Shown here: piece after piece, positions 27,101-36,236 of the stretch | How positions within the stretch are numbered: position 1 is the stretch's first letter | Layout: every line of letters starts with the position of its first letter | Source of the DNA: Candidatus Iainarchaeum sp. | Lineage (GTDB): Archaea; Iainarchaeota; Iainarchaeia; Iainarchaeales; JAZDDZ01 | NCBI GenBank assembly: GCA_043809245.1 | Contig: JAZDDZ010000003.1 | Span: 1 to 55,946 of the forward strand | Reading direction: 5' to 3' | DNA length: 55,946 nt | Notes under the pieces: generated by a model | Databases searched by the model: none | What the model was told of the DNA's origin: nothing | Seen by the model: only the letters and a program-made list of their open reading frames with translations | Translations under genes and position numbers: made by a program

Positions 27101-29060
27101 AACAGAGTTCCCGCCATTGCTTAACTGCCAGGCAGGCTTAAGGACAGGGGACACTGGAGCCAACGCTAAAAACTTCCAGGAGCCGGATTTGCCGAGAATC
27201 AAACTGGACTGGGGTTTCGGCGCAATAGACGACGATTCATGTGACGCTTCCAACAATGGCTTCATTTACTGTGATGCAACACAGTTCAGCATTGAAGTGT
27301 TAAAGAAAATCAACTTGATTGACAGCGTTATTTCAAACAACGGCATGGCATTGAACAACTGCCCCTCGCAGTTGCAGGGAACAGGCGAGAACACTTCAAG
27401 CATCACGGCATTTGACACTGGCATCACAAAAATTGCGGCAAAAAAACAAGGGGCATCAGACATCAATGTGGCTGTAACGGTTGAAAACACTAATCCAGGG
27501 GCAATTGAAACAGATGTGAAGATTTCCGTTAAAAACCAGCGCACAAACGCTGTAACAAATTGCCCGATTGGAACGCAGAAAATAACTGTTTTAAGCAAAA
27601 ATGTTGTTGGATGCGTGTTCTCAGGCCTTGAGGCAGACACCTATCAGGCAACAGCGCAGATAGTGCCGAAAATTGACTGCGAGAACTGTGAAAACAAAAC
27701 AGCTTCAGACAGCTTAACAGTTGGATTTTCAGTTGGAGCGGAAGGGCTGCAGGAATGCGAGCCTTATTCAACGACAAGGCTCAAGGATTTCTTTGTTGCA
27801 AACGGAATTGACCCGGAAAACGGGGAAGCACAGGAAGTCCTTAATGCAGTGAGCTTTGACGCTTACCTCATAAGGGACGGCTACAGCTCTGACTTCCAGA
27901 ACGACTTTGACGATTATGCAATGACAAAGGCTTTCTTTGAAACACCGAACTATTACAATGAAAGCCAGGGCTTAGGCGTTTACTTCAGAAACCATGACTT
28001 GCTTAGTTTCGGCCCAAGGTCAGGCACAGAATCTGATTCAGGCTACACTTTGCCCGCGCCGGGAGCATACAATGTGGAGATTGACATCACTTACAACAAC
28101 GACAACTGGAATTTGTTCACTTCAGGCTCTGACTCTGAACCGGATGCGACAATCAGGGTTAAGCTGAACAGGGCTGACTCCCCAAACCCGGATAATCCGT
28201 TTTATTACATTCCATTTGATGGATTGGTTGGAACAGACAGTGGAAGGAACGGTTACGGAGTCAACTTTAACGGAAGATCTGTTTACGTTAACGAGGAAGC
28301 AGGGGCTGCTCTGCAGACAATTGAAATTCCAGGGTCAACGCCTATTCCAAACGGAAACGTGAACGTGGACATTTCAGATGACTTCAAGCATTTGAACAAC
28401 GATGACCGAGGAACAGTCTTAACTGTTTCAAGAACCGGAACGCCTTCAATTGTTTTCTCGCCGAGTTATGCGACGCCAGTGGTGCTGGAAATATCCAACC
28501 AGCTTGACGAGGCATGGGGCTTTTACTCGGTTGGAGTTGACGGCTCGGCAATAAACACCGGGCCTTATTTGAGCACATGGCAGGGAATAGGAATAAACTG
28601 CAAGAGCTTTAATGACCGCGCAGTGGTTGACGAATTCAAGGATTCAAAGGACACGCATGGAATTAGCACTAGCTGTGCATTGGTGCCCGGAGAACAGGCT
28701 CCAACCTCTTATGGCTTTGAGTTCTGCGACCCAAAGCAAAGCGGAAACATGTTCTTAAAGTCAATATTTTACACTCCGCAAAAACATGATTCATTGGTTG
28801 ACGCGGTTGTCGGAAACGATTCAATGCAGTTGCTGGGCGTGGGCGCTGCAAACAACCAGGTTCCGTTGAATGGGTTAGAGGGCGGTGCAACGGTTATTTC
28901 AAGCATTGAAAAAGTGCTGCAGATGGTTGAAGAGGGAAGCCTCTGCGTTTCAGGAACAGACGCGAAAGCAGAGTTCTGGTGGAACCCCAAGCCATTGTAT
29001 GAGGCAAAGGCAATCCAGGCAATTGAGAACAAAGCCTTGAATGAATGCATAACGGATTAA
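21183..29060 (+). CDS. Giant surface protein C (about 2625 aa) with Ig-like repeats, two PKD-like domains and a Cys-rich module
   Basis: Leader MGALDGLKDFYFSLEDKYYSVLDRFPAVYKIVDPIDKVIPSF plus TM; SDAKWVN, CDEKFC, GGEVDDPTC, YCDATQFSIE, PFDGLVG, FWWNP. ATG 21183 is preferred over TTG 21162. Confidence 0.9.
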   Translation: MGALDGLKDFYFSLEDKYYSVLDRFPAVYKIVDPIDKVIPSFALFLIIIAIIIIALLFIFVLPALMPGTVTLTVNVQDSEGNSLPGASIEATLDANTMAFNTDQYGKAAIGDLPKGSSLSLLVRKEGFQDKTISIDITEAKDTQQETINLRAEAEDTFTKTIKVVDEFNRPITESLRLTFSCSNVFATPPSAAMLSPSDQGSKEITYPTNCGTLSVSITDSTGYEKIDGFEVKDALTVIKLSEANIVDGTITVSVKKADGTPLSGIRVELYRYNDLAANPNVGPVDVETSDAGQALFTHPPGAYIVKTYDPSGRYGDKESGKITLASDGTETVNFILSENVVGSIKIRVVRKGTSTVISDAKVTLRYAQDDSIVSSLNTTSDNNGTVEFFLSQDTEYRATVEAKDYQLKKLSGLKIGNAVVNAEMESCTPTTCGTLIVKVETQEGKKVEGATVYLYDDSTKSLTGYSSKSTDINGLARFSGIGLGTYYAFAYKESVSGQSDSKYFSAQTNDDDEIDLTVKIIVEDGTVAAKVVDKDGKPVPFATVEVHNSLNGTIENRGLTDGDGNFSYETPADKRVYLVVSKKDSVPRLATYTTAEKPVLPQTIQQFKVMLEPEIINKEVELKFIGLYSGANYVAGSEKTGIVGIVAAGQEYTAKLQLRIPEESDYIETGVHLRTGKATMLEKDQLFIKKVNAPNASVFKAAAYDEVSGLGQDEYKQTVSDAKWVNFSWQDLAPGVYEIEAVIKINSTASLGEELPIYYRAWAENSDGLRVFYPEDELIESSELYNNSKQAIYQVGMATICDEKFCFSSTISDIKAGLIESVSDSYSAKMLNEYKMDFAIINNSETDIHNNANLRIANSDESILFTDYKLFDAETNEISGVVNGYEFPRIEVGNLDKKKKISGTIYFVTQKPISGAINFKLVSALNPGEAGVIVFEKNIIVNTSAAKDLSVVVSPTSYPSGIENDLNALVKNSSTKLELEDATVRIKDRFGNTIVFDQTGKDGLAFLTLPAQVPGTELTLEVSKPEYNTKTVKLSIEAGILEFNPDSLGVSLNVKTKIEADSKLSISNKTFFPVTIDSVRLTGDFQNLLDETAIDNWLEASYNGTRIDAGKSKEIILKTYLSDDGKALEERKSLEGDLYFVASNFGEHWFFTVPVTISIGLGGEVDDPTCLQLTKAEWTASTEGKAIETEFMIQNNCTVGQQPVALKNLEAKVNQQGNQLGEYTLTIGSTTSTLRSGFFKKLLGNLDAGESVSAILSFTPFGGVQGTDESELLIQATNPVESKPEVLAAKPSLKATISVVSILECVSFDRTYLEMEKQGNAAFTITTKGCGAPVDFSLESPLKVSSKEFTLPGDGSQAIQVFSQDNYAGQYGIKVKATGASFKQEGLLKNIRALIKPAPTDCLELNRYEFDLLDLENDAFDGYDTAMLLNKCYDKRVEITVNMRDWGDALGDAILPAVLTLGLNIAGNMLTGKTWSGAEKGAAAAAAGKAAVAGGYSAPTPSNANNKAPTVNAGATSYSGKAGEAISILGTANDDTKITGINWTSSDCTIGTQSRGGVNSPNASDSTQITCNKAGNFTATLTAVDNDGSSVSANAQITVAAAGSGTTPAGEFTANAGGTNGTYQITHGGTIVLTGTATDNSGGKITKIEWTENSTDCSFTDTTDISNLNTKEATARISITCTGNFGTQYATLSVTNSKGETQRVTATINVVAGSSANTATETCNDYDKTPIKTCSKQKPLYCTSAKEITNNCLACGCDVGTCNEQTLLCELGELAAIPSHSPTALASLFDFGGGSGGVLGMATSMMSSFTGTANPILNAGAVLVGATLINYYGEDEAKPFTVIKPNLGINNSGIVLWAGETAEGGTVDGDVKVAVQGEPEYRGSPTDVALKWETRTLIFTNETQFTTMEDSPLYKILDVKGSQENYDKGTYSKDEIISGDRLNEGKVKKTKADAFEQKFHLEFNAVPPEGPSTEFPPLLNCQAGLRTGDTGANAKNFQEPDLPRIKLDWGFGAIDDDSCDASNNGFIYCDATQFSIEVLKKINLIDSVISNNGMALNNCPSQLQGTGENTSSITAFDTGITKIAAKKQGASDINVAVTVENTNPGAIETDVKISVKNQRTNAVTNCPIGTQKITVLSKNVVGCVFSGLEADTYQATAQIVPKIDCENCENKTASDSLTVGFSVGAEGLQECEPYSTTRLKDFFVANGIDPENGEAQEVLNAVSFDAYLIRDGYSSDFQNDFDDYAMTKAFFETPNYYNESQGLGVYFRNHDLLSFGPRSGTESDSGYTLPAPGAYNVEIDITYNNDNWNLFTSGSDSEPDATIRVKLNRADSPNPDNPFYYIPFDGLVGTDSGRNGYGVNFNGRSVYVNEEAGAALQTIEIPGSTPIPNGNVNVDISDDFKHLNNDDRGTVLTVSRTGTPSIVFSPSYATPVVLEISNQLDEAWGFYSVGVDGSAINTGPYLSTWQGIGINCKSFNDRAVVDEFKDSKDTHGISTSCALVPGEQAPTSYGFEFCDPKQSGNMFLKSIFYTPQKHDSLVDAVVGNDSMQLLGVGAANNQVPLNGLEGGATVISSIEKVLQMVEEGSLCVSGTDAKAEFWWNPKPLYEAKAIQAIENKALNECITD

Positions 29061-29090
29061 TTTGCCTTGAATAATTGAACAGTTGAGTTT

Positions 29091-32000
29091 ATGGGCCTGA
29101 AGGACTTTTACTACTCACTGGAAGACAAGTACTATGCCTTGCTTGACAAGATTGACTCGCATCTCCCGGTGTACAAAGTCGTTGACCCGATTGACAAGGT
29201 TGTTCCATCCTTTGCATTGGCGCTTGTTGTAATCGCCCTAATTGTTGCATTGCTTGCCTTTTCTTTAGGCGGCTTTAACCCCTTGGCGCAGGAAAAAACA
29301 ACCCTTACAATCACTGTAATTGACGATGCCGGCGTGCCACTGAAAAACGTTGAATTGACAATAAGCGGGCTTGAGGCCACAATAAAGGATTCAACTAATT
29401 CAAAGGGGCAAAAGGTTTTGGCTGACATTGAAATGGGAAAAACGCTTACAATAACTTTAAAGAAAGCAAATTACGGGGACGCAACGGAAAGCGTGACTGT
29501 CACGGAAAAAAACCAGGAGAAAACAATCACTTTAACGGCAACCGCGTTGCCTTCAACCACAAGGTTCGTTGAATTCCGCGGGCCGGACGGAAAAAAGCTC
29601 TCGGGGAAAACGCTTACCGCTGAATTCAGCTGCTCCAGCGGAACACCAATTGAAAACGCTTTGAGGACAATTACAAGCGGTGAAACAACTGTTGTTGTGC
29701 CGGGAGACTGCGGCAATCTTGTTGCAAGGGTCAGCGGGACAGGCTTCAAAACAAATTCTTTCACATTAAACCAGGGCGGAGTCATAAGCCTTGAAGCGGA
29801 AAACATCCCAAAGGGAACAGTGCTTTTCAGGGTGAAAGACATTGAAACCAAGAGGGCCTTGTCAGGCATTAACTTAAAGGTTTATTCTTTGAACAACCAG
29901 TTGAAGGCTGAGAAAACCACTTCTTTCGGCGAAGCCGTTTTCTCGCTGGAAGCAGGTGATTACTATGTTGTCGCGGAAGACCCGAACGAGGATTACGCGA
30001 GCGAGACAAAAAACTTTGAGGTCAGTGAAAATGATTCCAAAAGCGAGGAAATTCTTTTAGGCAAGGAAATAAAGGCATACATAAAGGTTTTCGTGAAAGA
30101 CAAGGCAAACAATGCAATAATTCCGAATGCAACTGTTTTTTTGAAAAAAGATGACGGAAGCCTTTACGGGCAGAAGGCAACGGATGAAAATGAGGGAAAA
30201 GCCACATTCACTGTAAGCGAGAACGGAATCTATTACATTGAGGCAGCGCACGACTCATACCTTTACTCCGACGCAAACAAAATCGACACAAGAAGCGTTT
30301 CAGTTGGCGCGACAATCACCGCAACGGTAAAGCTGGAGAAATTAACCGCTGCAAACAGCGGAAGGCTCAATGTAACTGTTGTTGACGAGGACAACTGGCC
30401 GGTGGAGAATGCCACGGTTAACTTATTTGATGCGAACAGCGGTTTCCTGTGCAGCGGCTGCGGGCAAAAAACCACGGATGTAAACGGAGTAGCGAAATTC
30501 TCGGGCATTAAGAAAGGAAAGTATTACGCTTTGGCTTACAAGTATCCCGCACAGGGAACAAGCGACGCAAAAGACATTGACAACCGCATTGAAAACGAGT
30601 TGACTGTAAACCTGATTATCGGTAACGGCACTATTCAGGTTAAAGCAGTTGACTTGGATAACAAGGCGATTCCGTTCGCAACCGCTGAACTTAGGACTGA
30701 GACAGGGGAAGCGCTTGGCGCGATTTCATTGGATGCACAGGGAATTGGCTCAAAAACGCTTAAGGCAGACAAAAAAGTTTACGTGAAGGTTTCAGCTGAC
30801 GGATACAGCAGCTGGACAAGCGCTTCAAGGCAAATCATGCCAAACAAAACAGTTACGGTTACCGCAAAGTTAGAGGAAGAGATTTTAGGCGACAAGCCAA
30901 CAGTGGAGTTTTTGGGTTTGTATTCAACGGGAAGCGTTTCCTCGCAAATGCAGCAGCTGAATTCAGGGGAAGAGGTTACTGCAAGGTTTTTGCTGAAAGT
31001 GCCGAGCGAAACAAGTTTCAGCGAAATAGGATTGCATGTGAGGGCCGGGGCTGATGAAACAAAAACAGTGCAAAAAGACCAGTTGTTCATAAACGGAGTT
31101 AATGCGCCTTATGCTTCATCACTGAAAAGCACAACGTACAACGCTTCAAATGGCACTGCAATTGACGAGGAAAACATCACAAATGGAGACGCAAAATGGG
31201 TGAACATCTGGTGGCACTCTGATTCAGGCATTGAGCCGGGAGTTTACAATTTGGAGATACAGTTAAAGGTCAAAAATAATACAACACAGGGATACGAGTT
31301 GCCGCTGCATTACCGCGCATGGGGAGTGGATTCAGGGGAAGCCTATCTCCGCGACCCAATTGACACTGCATTGGGCACTGCCTCGGATTCAGGGGCAAAA
31401 GAAGCGCTTTACGCGCAAACATACGACAAAACTTATTACGAGGGAATTCCCGATGTGTGCAGCGAGGACTTCTGCTATTCGGAAAGAGTCATTGACGGAA
31501 GGGAAGGCTCGATTCTCTCCGACGCGCCGTATCCAATCAGAATGTTTGACGACTACAATGTTGTTTTTGCAATAACGAATAATTCAGGAACACTGCACGA
31601 CAACGCAAACATAAGAGTGAAAAGCACAACCGATGGAATAAAAACTGATGACGTGGTTAGCATCAAGCAGTACTCTTTGGTGAACGCGGACAGCTCGAAT
31701 TTTTCAAGTTCCGCGCCAAAATTTGAAATTGACCCAATTGATTTGGGTTACTTTGCAACCAATAAAACGATAATGGGCAGCATGGTTGTTCAGGCAAAAA
31801 AAGAAGAGCAAAGCAGCGTTCAGTTAACTGTTGTCTCAAGCCAGAACACGGTTTTTGAAAAAATTATTGACTTTCAGCCATACAGCGAACAGGACATTAA
31901 CGTGACGGTTTTGCCTGACGTGCTGGCCTCAATGATTGCCTTGGAGTTAAAGGTTCACGCTGAATACGAGGGCGGAGAAAAAGACGGCTTTCCCTTAAGG

Positions 32001-35000
32001 GATGCAATTGTAAGGGTTACACGTACAGCGCCTGACTTAAGCCAGACAACAATGAACGGGGCAACTGACGCACAGGGAAACGCGGTTTTCAGCATTCCCG
32101 CTTCATCAAACGGCACAAAAATAAAGGTGGAAGTTGAAAAGCCGGGTTATGGAAGCAAGGCAATTGAAAAAACAGTGGGGGAGGGAATAATAAAATTTAA
32201 TCCCAATGAAATGAAGTTCTCCCTTAATTTAACAAACAGGCAGGAAAAAGAATCAAATCTCACAATAACAAACCTTATCCCCCCTGAGCTAACAATTTCA
32301 AAGTTGAAGGTAACGGGAAGGTTTTATGGTTTGCTTGACGAGGAAAGAATGAACAACTATCTCCAGCAATTCATTGGCTTGGACTTGAATAAAAGCCACA
32401 GTGAAACAATAAAGGTGCTTGCTGCGCTAAGCGACAACGCACAACTATTGGATGAAAGCACAATCGTGAAGGGAAACCTGATAGTTAATGCAACCGATGA
32501 AACACAGGGAAGCACCTGGAGCTTTAATGTGCCATTGGAAGTAGACATTGGCTTGGCGGAAATGTGCAAATACAATGACCCCATTTCAATTTCAGTAAAG
32601 GAATGGAAGGGCTCAACGCTTGACAACAAGATAATGAAGGAATTCCTCATCACAAACAACTGCGTTAACGACGATGATGAAGTGATGAACGTTGCAAACC
32701 TGAAGGCGCGCATAAAATGGAGGTCAGACGCAATAGGAAACGTTGAACTGACAATCAACGACCCCTCGGGCGGAAGCTATTCACAGGTACTGCAGGAAAC
32801 AATCTGGGCAAGATACTTCAATGAAGTTGAGGGAGGAAAACAGTATGTTGCAATTGCAACCTTCACGCCAAACCCGGGGCATTTGGGTGAAACAGCTGCA
32901 TTTGACATAGAAATTGACGCGGAGCTATTGACTGACAGGGGAAGGCAGGATGTCGGCGCAACAAATGCAATCCAAGCCGAACTTTTAGTGATTAACTTGG
33001 AGCAATGCATTAAGTATTCGCCGCAGCCACAGGAAGGAATTAAAATTAGCAGAAGCGAAAAGGAAACAAGTTTTGAGTTAGACACAAGCGAGTGCGGTGA
33101 CATTGCGCTTGACTTCAAGTTCTGCGACAACGACAATTGCAGGGGAGGCACAAGCGAGGGCGGAATTTACTTGAGGCCCACGACTTTAAGCAATGTAATG
33201 CCCGATGACCCTAAAACAGTCACGGTTGAAAGGGGTGACATTCCCGGCTTTTACGGAATACCAGTCTCTGTTAGGCCTCCTGGGGGAAGCTTCAGGCAAG
33301 TGGCTGAAATGGAGGCAATAATTGAACCACAGACAGGCAAATACTTCACCTTAGACCGCTATGACTTCACAATAATCGGCAAAGGCTCCAAGGATTCAAC
33401 CACGCTGAACAACCAAATGCTGCAGGAACCAGTTGCGGTTACGGCAGACATGTGCGCGTGGGGAGACGCGACAAGCAATTCAAACTTTGGGTTGGCTGTT
33501 GGGGCAGGGGCGGCGACAGCCACTCTTACCGCATTTACTTCAGTTGGGGCTGCCTCTGCAGTCAGTTTTTCAATAGGAATTGGCGGGTTTAATGGATTAG
33601 TACTCGCTGGTTCTTGGTGCCCTCCGTGTATAATAGCAGGAATCGCAGTAATGATTGCAGTCATGCTTTTCATGGGTGACGACTGCCATGACTCGCATCA
33701 AACCAACACTTTAACCGATTACGTGATTTACTTGGTTGGTTCCGGCACTGACCGCACTGGCGACAGGTTTTTGCCTGCAGACGCGCAAAGCATTATCCTT
33801 GACAACGAGAAAATAAAGGCTTCATGGAACCTTGAGGCAAGGGATATTTACGCAGGGCAGGGAGCGAACGGAACAGAAGAGGTAGGCGTTGTCTTCGAAA
33901 ACCTTGGGTTAGAGGAACAGCAGCCGACTTATTCAATCGGAACGATTCAGGCAAAAGAGCACGTGCACGGCGATGTGGCTCACGCTGGAAACGCAAAAGT
34001 TGACTGCGGAAACGGCAACTTCGGCAATTACTGGATTGGCGCAAGCGGCAACCAGGGAAGCTGCAAGGGCGCAAACGACACAACGCACTCGCAGAAATTC
34101 CATTTGCGGTTCAAGACAAGCGACATAAACGAATCCCTGCCCGCGATTCCGTTTGATGCATACGCGTGCAGCTCAGGCACGGAATTCGGATTGGCTGGAG
34201 TTGGAGCGCTGCCGAAAATAAAATTTAACTGGAACTGGGACGAGGACACTGGAGGAATAGCCTACAATGGCTGCGACCAGGGAAACGACAAGGCGATTTA
34301 CTGTGATGCAACACAGTTCAGCATTGAATTAAACAAGCGCCTGATAAACCTTGAGGAATTCTTCAGGGGAAACAACTATGACTTCACCTGCCCAGCGAAA
34401 AACGATGGAAGCGCTGCAACAGAAGAATACAACAATGAAAACTCCACTCATAACGTCGGCATTGGCTCGCTTGGATTAAGCAAAATAGAGTCAAGTTTGG
34501 TTGACAACACTGCAACGGTAAAGGTAACAGTGAAGAACGGCACAGGCGCAGACCAGAACGCATACTTTAAGGTTACATTGAACGGGACAAATGTTGCACA
34601 ACAGTCATGTGACAAAGAAGTGCTTAACTTAGCAGCAGGGGCAACAGGTTCAGGCGAATGCGTTTTCACTGGCTTAAGCGAGGCAACCTATGCAGTGGTT
34701 GCACAGATTTCAAGCGCTTCAACTTCCTCAATTGACTCAAGCACGGTTTCAAGCACATTCCTTGTAGGCGACCCCCTTGGCTTAGGGGGAGTGGAAGTAG
34801 GCGGATGCTGGGCTCCACGCACAACTGAAACGCTTTACGGAGAGCCAATGATAAAGAGGTTCATTGAAGCGGATTCAAGCATACACTGGACTGCGGCAAT
34901 CAACAACCCGCAGGCATTATATGACACCTTGAAATTCAACGCATACCTCATAAAAGACGGCTACACTGATGACTTCCAGAACGATTTCGTGAAATACTAC

Positions 35001-36191
35001 ACAGAACAGCAGTTCGCTGACACTGATGCAAGGTTCACGGGTTACGGGTTTGACAAATACTTTGAATCCGACAATCTTTTCTTCACGCAGAAATACGTGG
35101 AAAGCCCACAGCTGCCTGCAGCAGGAGTATACGAGGTGGAGATTGCGGCTTACTTTGGCGACAACTGGCGCTTTGTCAAGGAAAACGGAGAGTTGGCTGC
35201 AGGAATTGGCGTTGTGTTTTACCGCTTGGATGACCCAACTCCAAACAGCCCGTTTTATTCAATGCCGTTTGACGGATTGGTTGGATACGAGAACGGAGCA
35301 TACAACAGGCAGGGATACGGAGTGAGTTATAATAATGCTTCAACAGAGGAAATGCTGCAAATAAACAGGGCGGCAACCCCTGTGAAAAGCTATGATGACA
35401 CTGGAAGCAATGCAGTGCTCTCAATTGATTCAGCGATTGAAAGGGACTTCTATGAATTGAATACCTCTCCAGACAGCAGGGGAGCAGTGCTAATAGTGGA
35501 CAAAACAAAGGGCAATGCTGCAAAGCTAACGCTGCAGCCTGCTTATGCAACGCCTGTAATGCTGAAATTGAACCATGGCCTGGACACAGAGCCATTCGGC
35601 GCATTTTATATTGCAACTGAAACAGATGTTCCAGTGGACACGGGAAGCGTTCTGGCTTACTGGAGCGGGGCTGGAAGCTGCCTGGATTTCAGCGGAGTTC
35701 CTGTAACGGAAATTTTCACAGGAAAACCCGACAGGCAGGCGACAACAGCTGACAGGGGCGTAACCAATTGGATGGCTGCATTTGGAGTTGGATGGGAGAA
35801 AGCCGATTACGCTGGAGACGTTTATTTGAGGACAATCTTCTACACTAACCCGAAAAAACAGAGCACATTGAAGGTGGAATCGCCCTTAAGGGGCCTCTCT
35901 TTTTACACCCCTGACCAGAGCGGTTCAGGAGTTTCATTGAACGGAATAAGCTCCATGCCTTACAACAGGCCTGGCGCCGGCTCTGCTGATTCAATTGGCA
36001 CAATGGAGGATGTCTTTGGTTTGGTCGAAAATGGCCAGATGTGCGTAACCAATTCAGGCAACAAGACAAAGTTCTGGTGGAACCCGCAGACAATCTATTT
36101 GCAGCAGGGAACCGCGAGAAGCATACACGAAATGACAATGTCCTTGGTCGGCGGCGTAAACTGCATTGGCTATGACTCAGAGCACAACTGA
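29091..36191 (+). CDS. Giant surface protein D (2366 aa) with Ig-like repeats and an internal hydrophobic hairpin
   Basis: Leader MGLKDFYYSLEDKYYALLDKIDSHLPVYKVVDPIDKVVPSF plus TM; GDAKWVN, CSEDFC, YCDATQFSIE, PFDGLVG, FWWNP. Confidence 0.9.
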   Translation: MGLKDFYYSLEDKYYALLDKIDSHLPVYKVVDPIDKVVPSFALALVVIALIVALLAFSLGGFNPLAQEKTTLTITVIDDAGVPLKNVELTISGLEATIKDSTNSKGQKVLADIEMGKTLTITLKKANYGDATESVTVTEKNQEKTITLTATALPSTTRFVEFRGPDGKKLSGKTLTAEFSCSSGTPIENALRTITSGETTVVVPGDCGNLVARVSGTGFKTNSFTLNQGGVISLEAENIPKGTVLFRVKDIETKRALSGINLKVYSLNNQLKAEKTTSFGEAVFSLEAGDYYVVAEDPNEDYASETKNFEVSENDSKSEEILLGKEIKAYIKVFVKDKANNAIIPNATVFLKKDDGSLYGQKATDENEGKATFTVSENGIYYIEAAHDSYLYSDANKIDTRSVSVGATITATVKLEKLTAANSGRLNVTVVDEDNWPVENATVNLFDANSGFLCSGCGQKTTDVNGVAKFSGIKKGKYYALAYKYPAQGTSDAKDIDNRIENELTVNLIIGNGTIQVKAVDLDNKAIPFATAELRTETGEALGAISLDAQGIGSKTLKADKKVYVKVSADGYSSWTSASRQIMPNKTVTVTAKLEEEILGDKPTVEFLGLYSTGSVSSQMQQLNSGEEVTARFLLKVPSETSFSEIGLHVRAGADETKTVQKDQLFINGVNAPYASSLKSTTYNASNGTAIDEENITNGDAKWVNIWWHSDSGIEPGVYNLEIQLKVKNNTTQGYELPLHYRAWGVDSGEAYLRDPIDTALGTASDSGAKEALYAQTYDKTYYEGIPDVCSEDFCYSERVIDGREGSILSDAPYPIRMFDDYNVVFAITNNSGTLHDNANIRVKSTTDGIKTDDVVSIKQYSLVNADSSNFSSSAPKFEIDPIDLGYFATNKTIMGSMVVQAKKEEQSSVQLTVVSSQNTVFEKIIDFQPYSEQDINVTVLPDVLASMIALELKVHAEYEGGEKDGFPLRDAIVRVTRTAPDLSQTTMNGATDAQGNAVFSIPASSNGTKIKVEVEKPGYGSKAIEKTVGEGIIKFNPNEMKFSLNLTNRQEKESNLTITNLIPPELTISKLKVTGRFYGLLDEERMNNYLQQFIGLDLNKSHSETIKVLAALSDNAQLLDESTIVKGNLIVNATDETQGSTWSFNVPLEVDIGLAEMCKYNDPISISVKEWKGSTLDNKIMKEFLITNNCVNDDDEVMNVANLKARIKWRSDAIGNVELTINDPSGGSYSQVLQETIWARYFNEVEGGKQYVAIATFTPNPGHLGETAAFDIEIDAELLTDRGRQDVGATNAIQAELLVINLEQCIKYSPQPQEGIKISRSEKETSFELDTSECGDIALDFKFCDNDNCRGGTSEGGIYLRPTTLSNVMPDDPKTVTVERGDIPGFYGIPVSVRPPGGSFRQVAEMEAIIEPQTGKYFTLDRYDFTIIGKGSKDSTTLNNQMLQEPVAVTADMCAWGDATSNSNFGLAVGAGAATATLTAFTSVGAASAVSFSIGIGGFNGLVLAGSWCPPCIIAGIAVMIAVMLFMGDDCHDSHQTNTLTDYVIYLVGSGTDRTGDRFLPADAQSIILDNEKIKASWNLEARDIYAGQGANGTEEVGVVFENLGLEEQQPTYSIGTIQAKEHVHGDVAHAGNAKVDCGNGNFGNYWIGASGNQGSCKGANDTTHSQKFHLRFKTSDINESLPAIPFDAYACSSGTEFGLAGVGALPKIKFNWNWDEDTGGIAYNGCDQGNDKAIYCDATQFSIELNKRLINLEEFFRGNNYDFTCPAKNDGSAATEEYNNENSTHNVGIGSLGLSKIESSLVDNTATVKVTVKNGTGADQNAYFKVTLNGTNVAQQSCDKEVLNLAAGATGSGECVFTGLSEATYAVVAQISSASTSSIDSSTVSSTFLVGDPLGLGGVEVGGCWAPRTTETLYGEPMIKRFIEADSSIHWTAAINNPQALYDTLKFNAYLIKDGYTDDFQNDFVKYYTEQQFADTDARFTGYGFDKYFESDNLFFTQKYVESPQLPAAGVYEVEIAAYFGDNWRFVKENGELAAGIGVVFYRLDDPTPNSPFYSMPFDGLVGYENGAYNRQGYGVSYNNASTEEMLQINRAATPVKSYDDTGSNAVLSIDSAIERDFYELNTSPDSRGAVLIVDKTKGNAAKLTLQPAYATPVMLKLNHGLDTEPFGAFYIATETDVPVDTGSVLAYWSGAGSCLDFSGVPVTEIFTGKPDRQATTADRGVTNWMAAFGVGWEKADYAGDVYLRTIFYTNPKKQSTLKVESPLRGLSFYTPDQSGSGVSLNGISSMPYNRPGAGSADSIGTMEDVFGLVENGQMCVTNSGNKTKFWWNPQTIYLQQGTARSIHEMTMSLVGGVNCIGYDSEHN

Positions 36192-36236
36192 AGCGGAAGA
36201 AAAACTATTTAAACCAGAAACCCATTATCTTACTGC

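Noticed and set aside
33610-33632. WCPPC in giant protein D as a thioredoxin active site
   Set aside because: It sits in an uncharged hydrophobic stretch with no thioredoxin-fold context, and is more likely a turn or disulfide in the hairpin.
3076-36138. Dozens of minus-strand ORFs (up to 358 aa, e.g. 9643-10719 and 18556-19566) inside the giant genes
   Set aside because: They are antisense shadows of long coding frames, with Ser/Phe/Leu-rich composition and no motifs.
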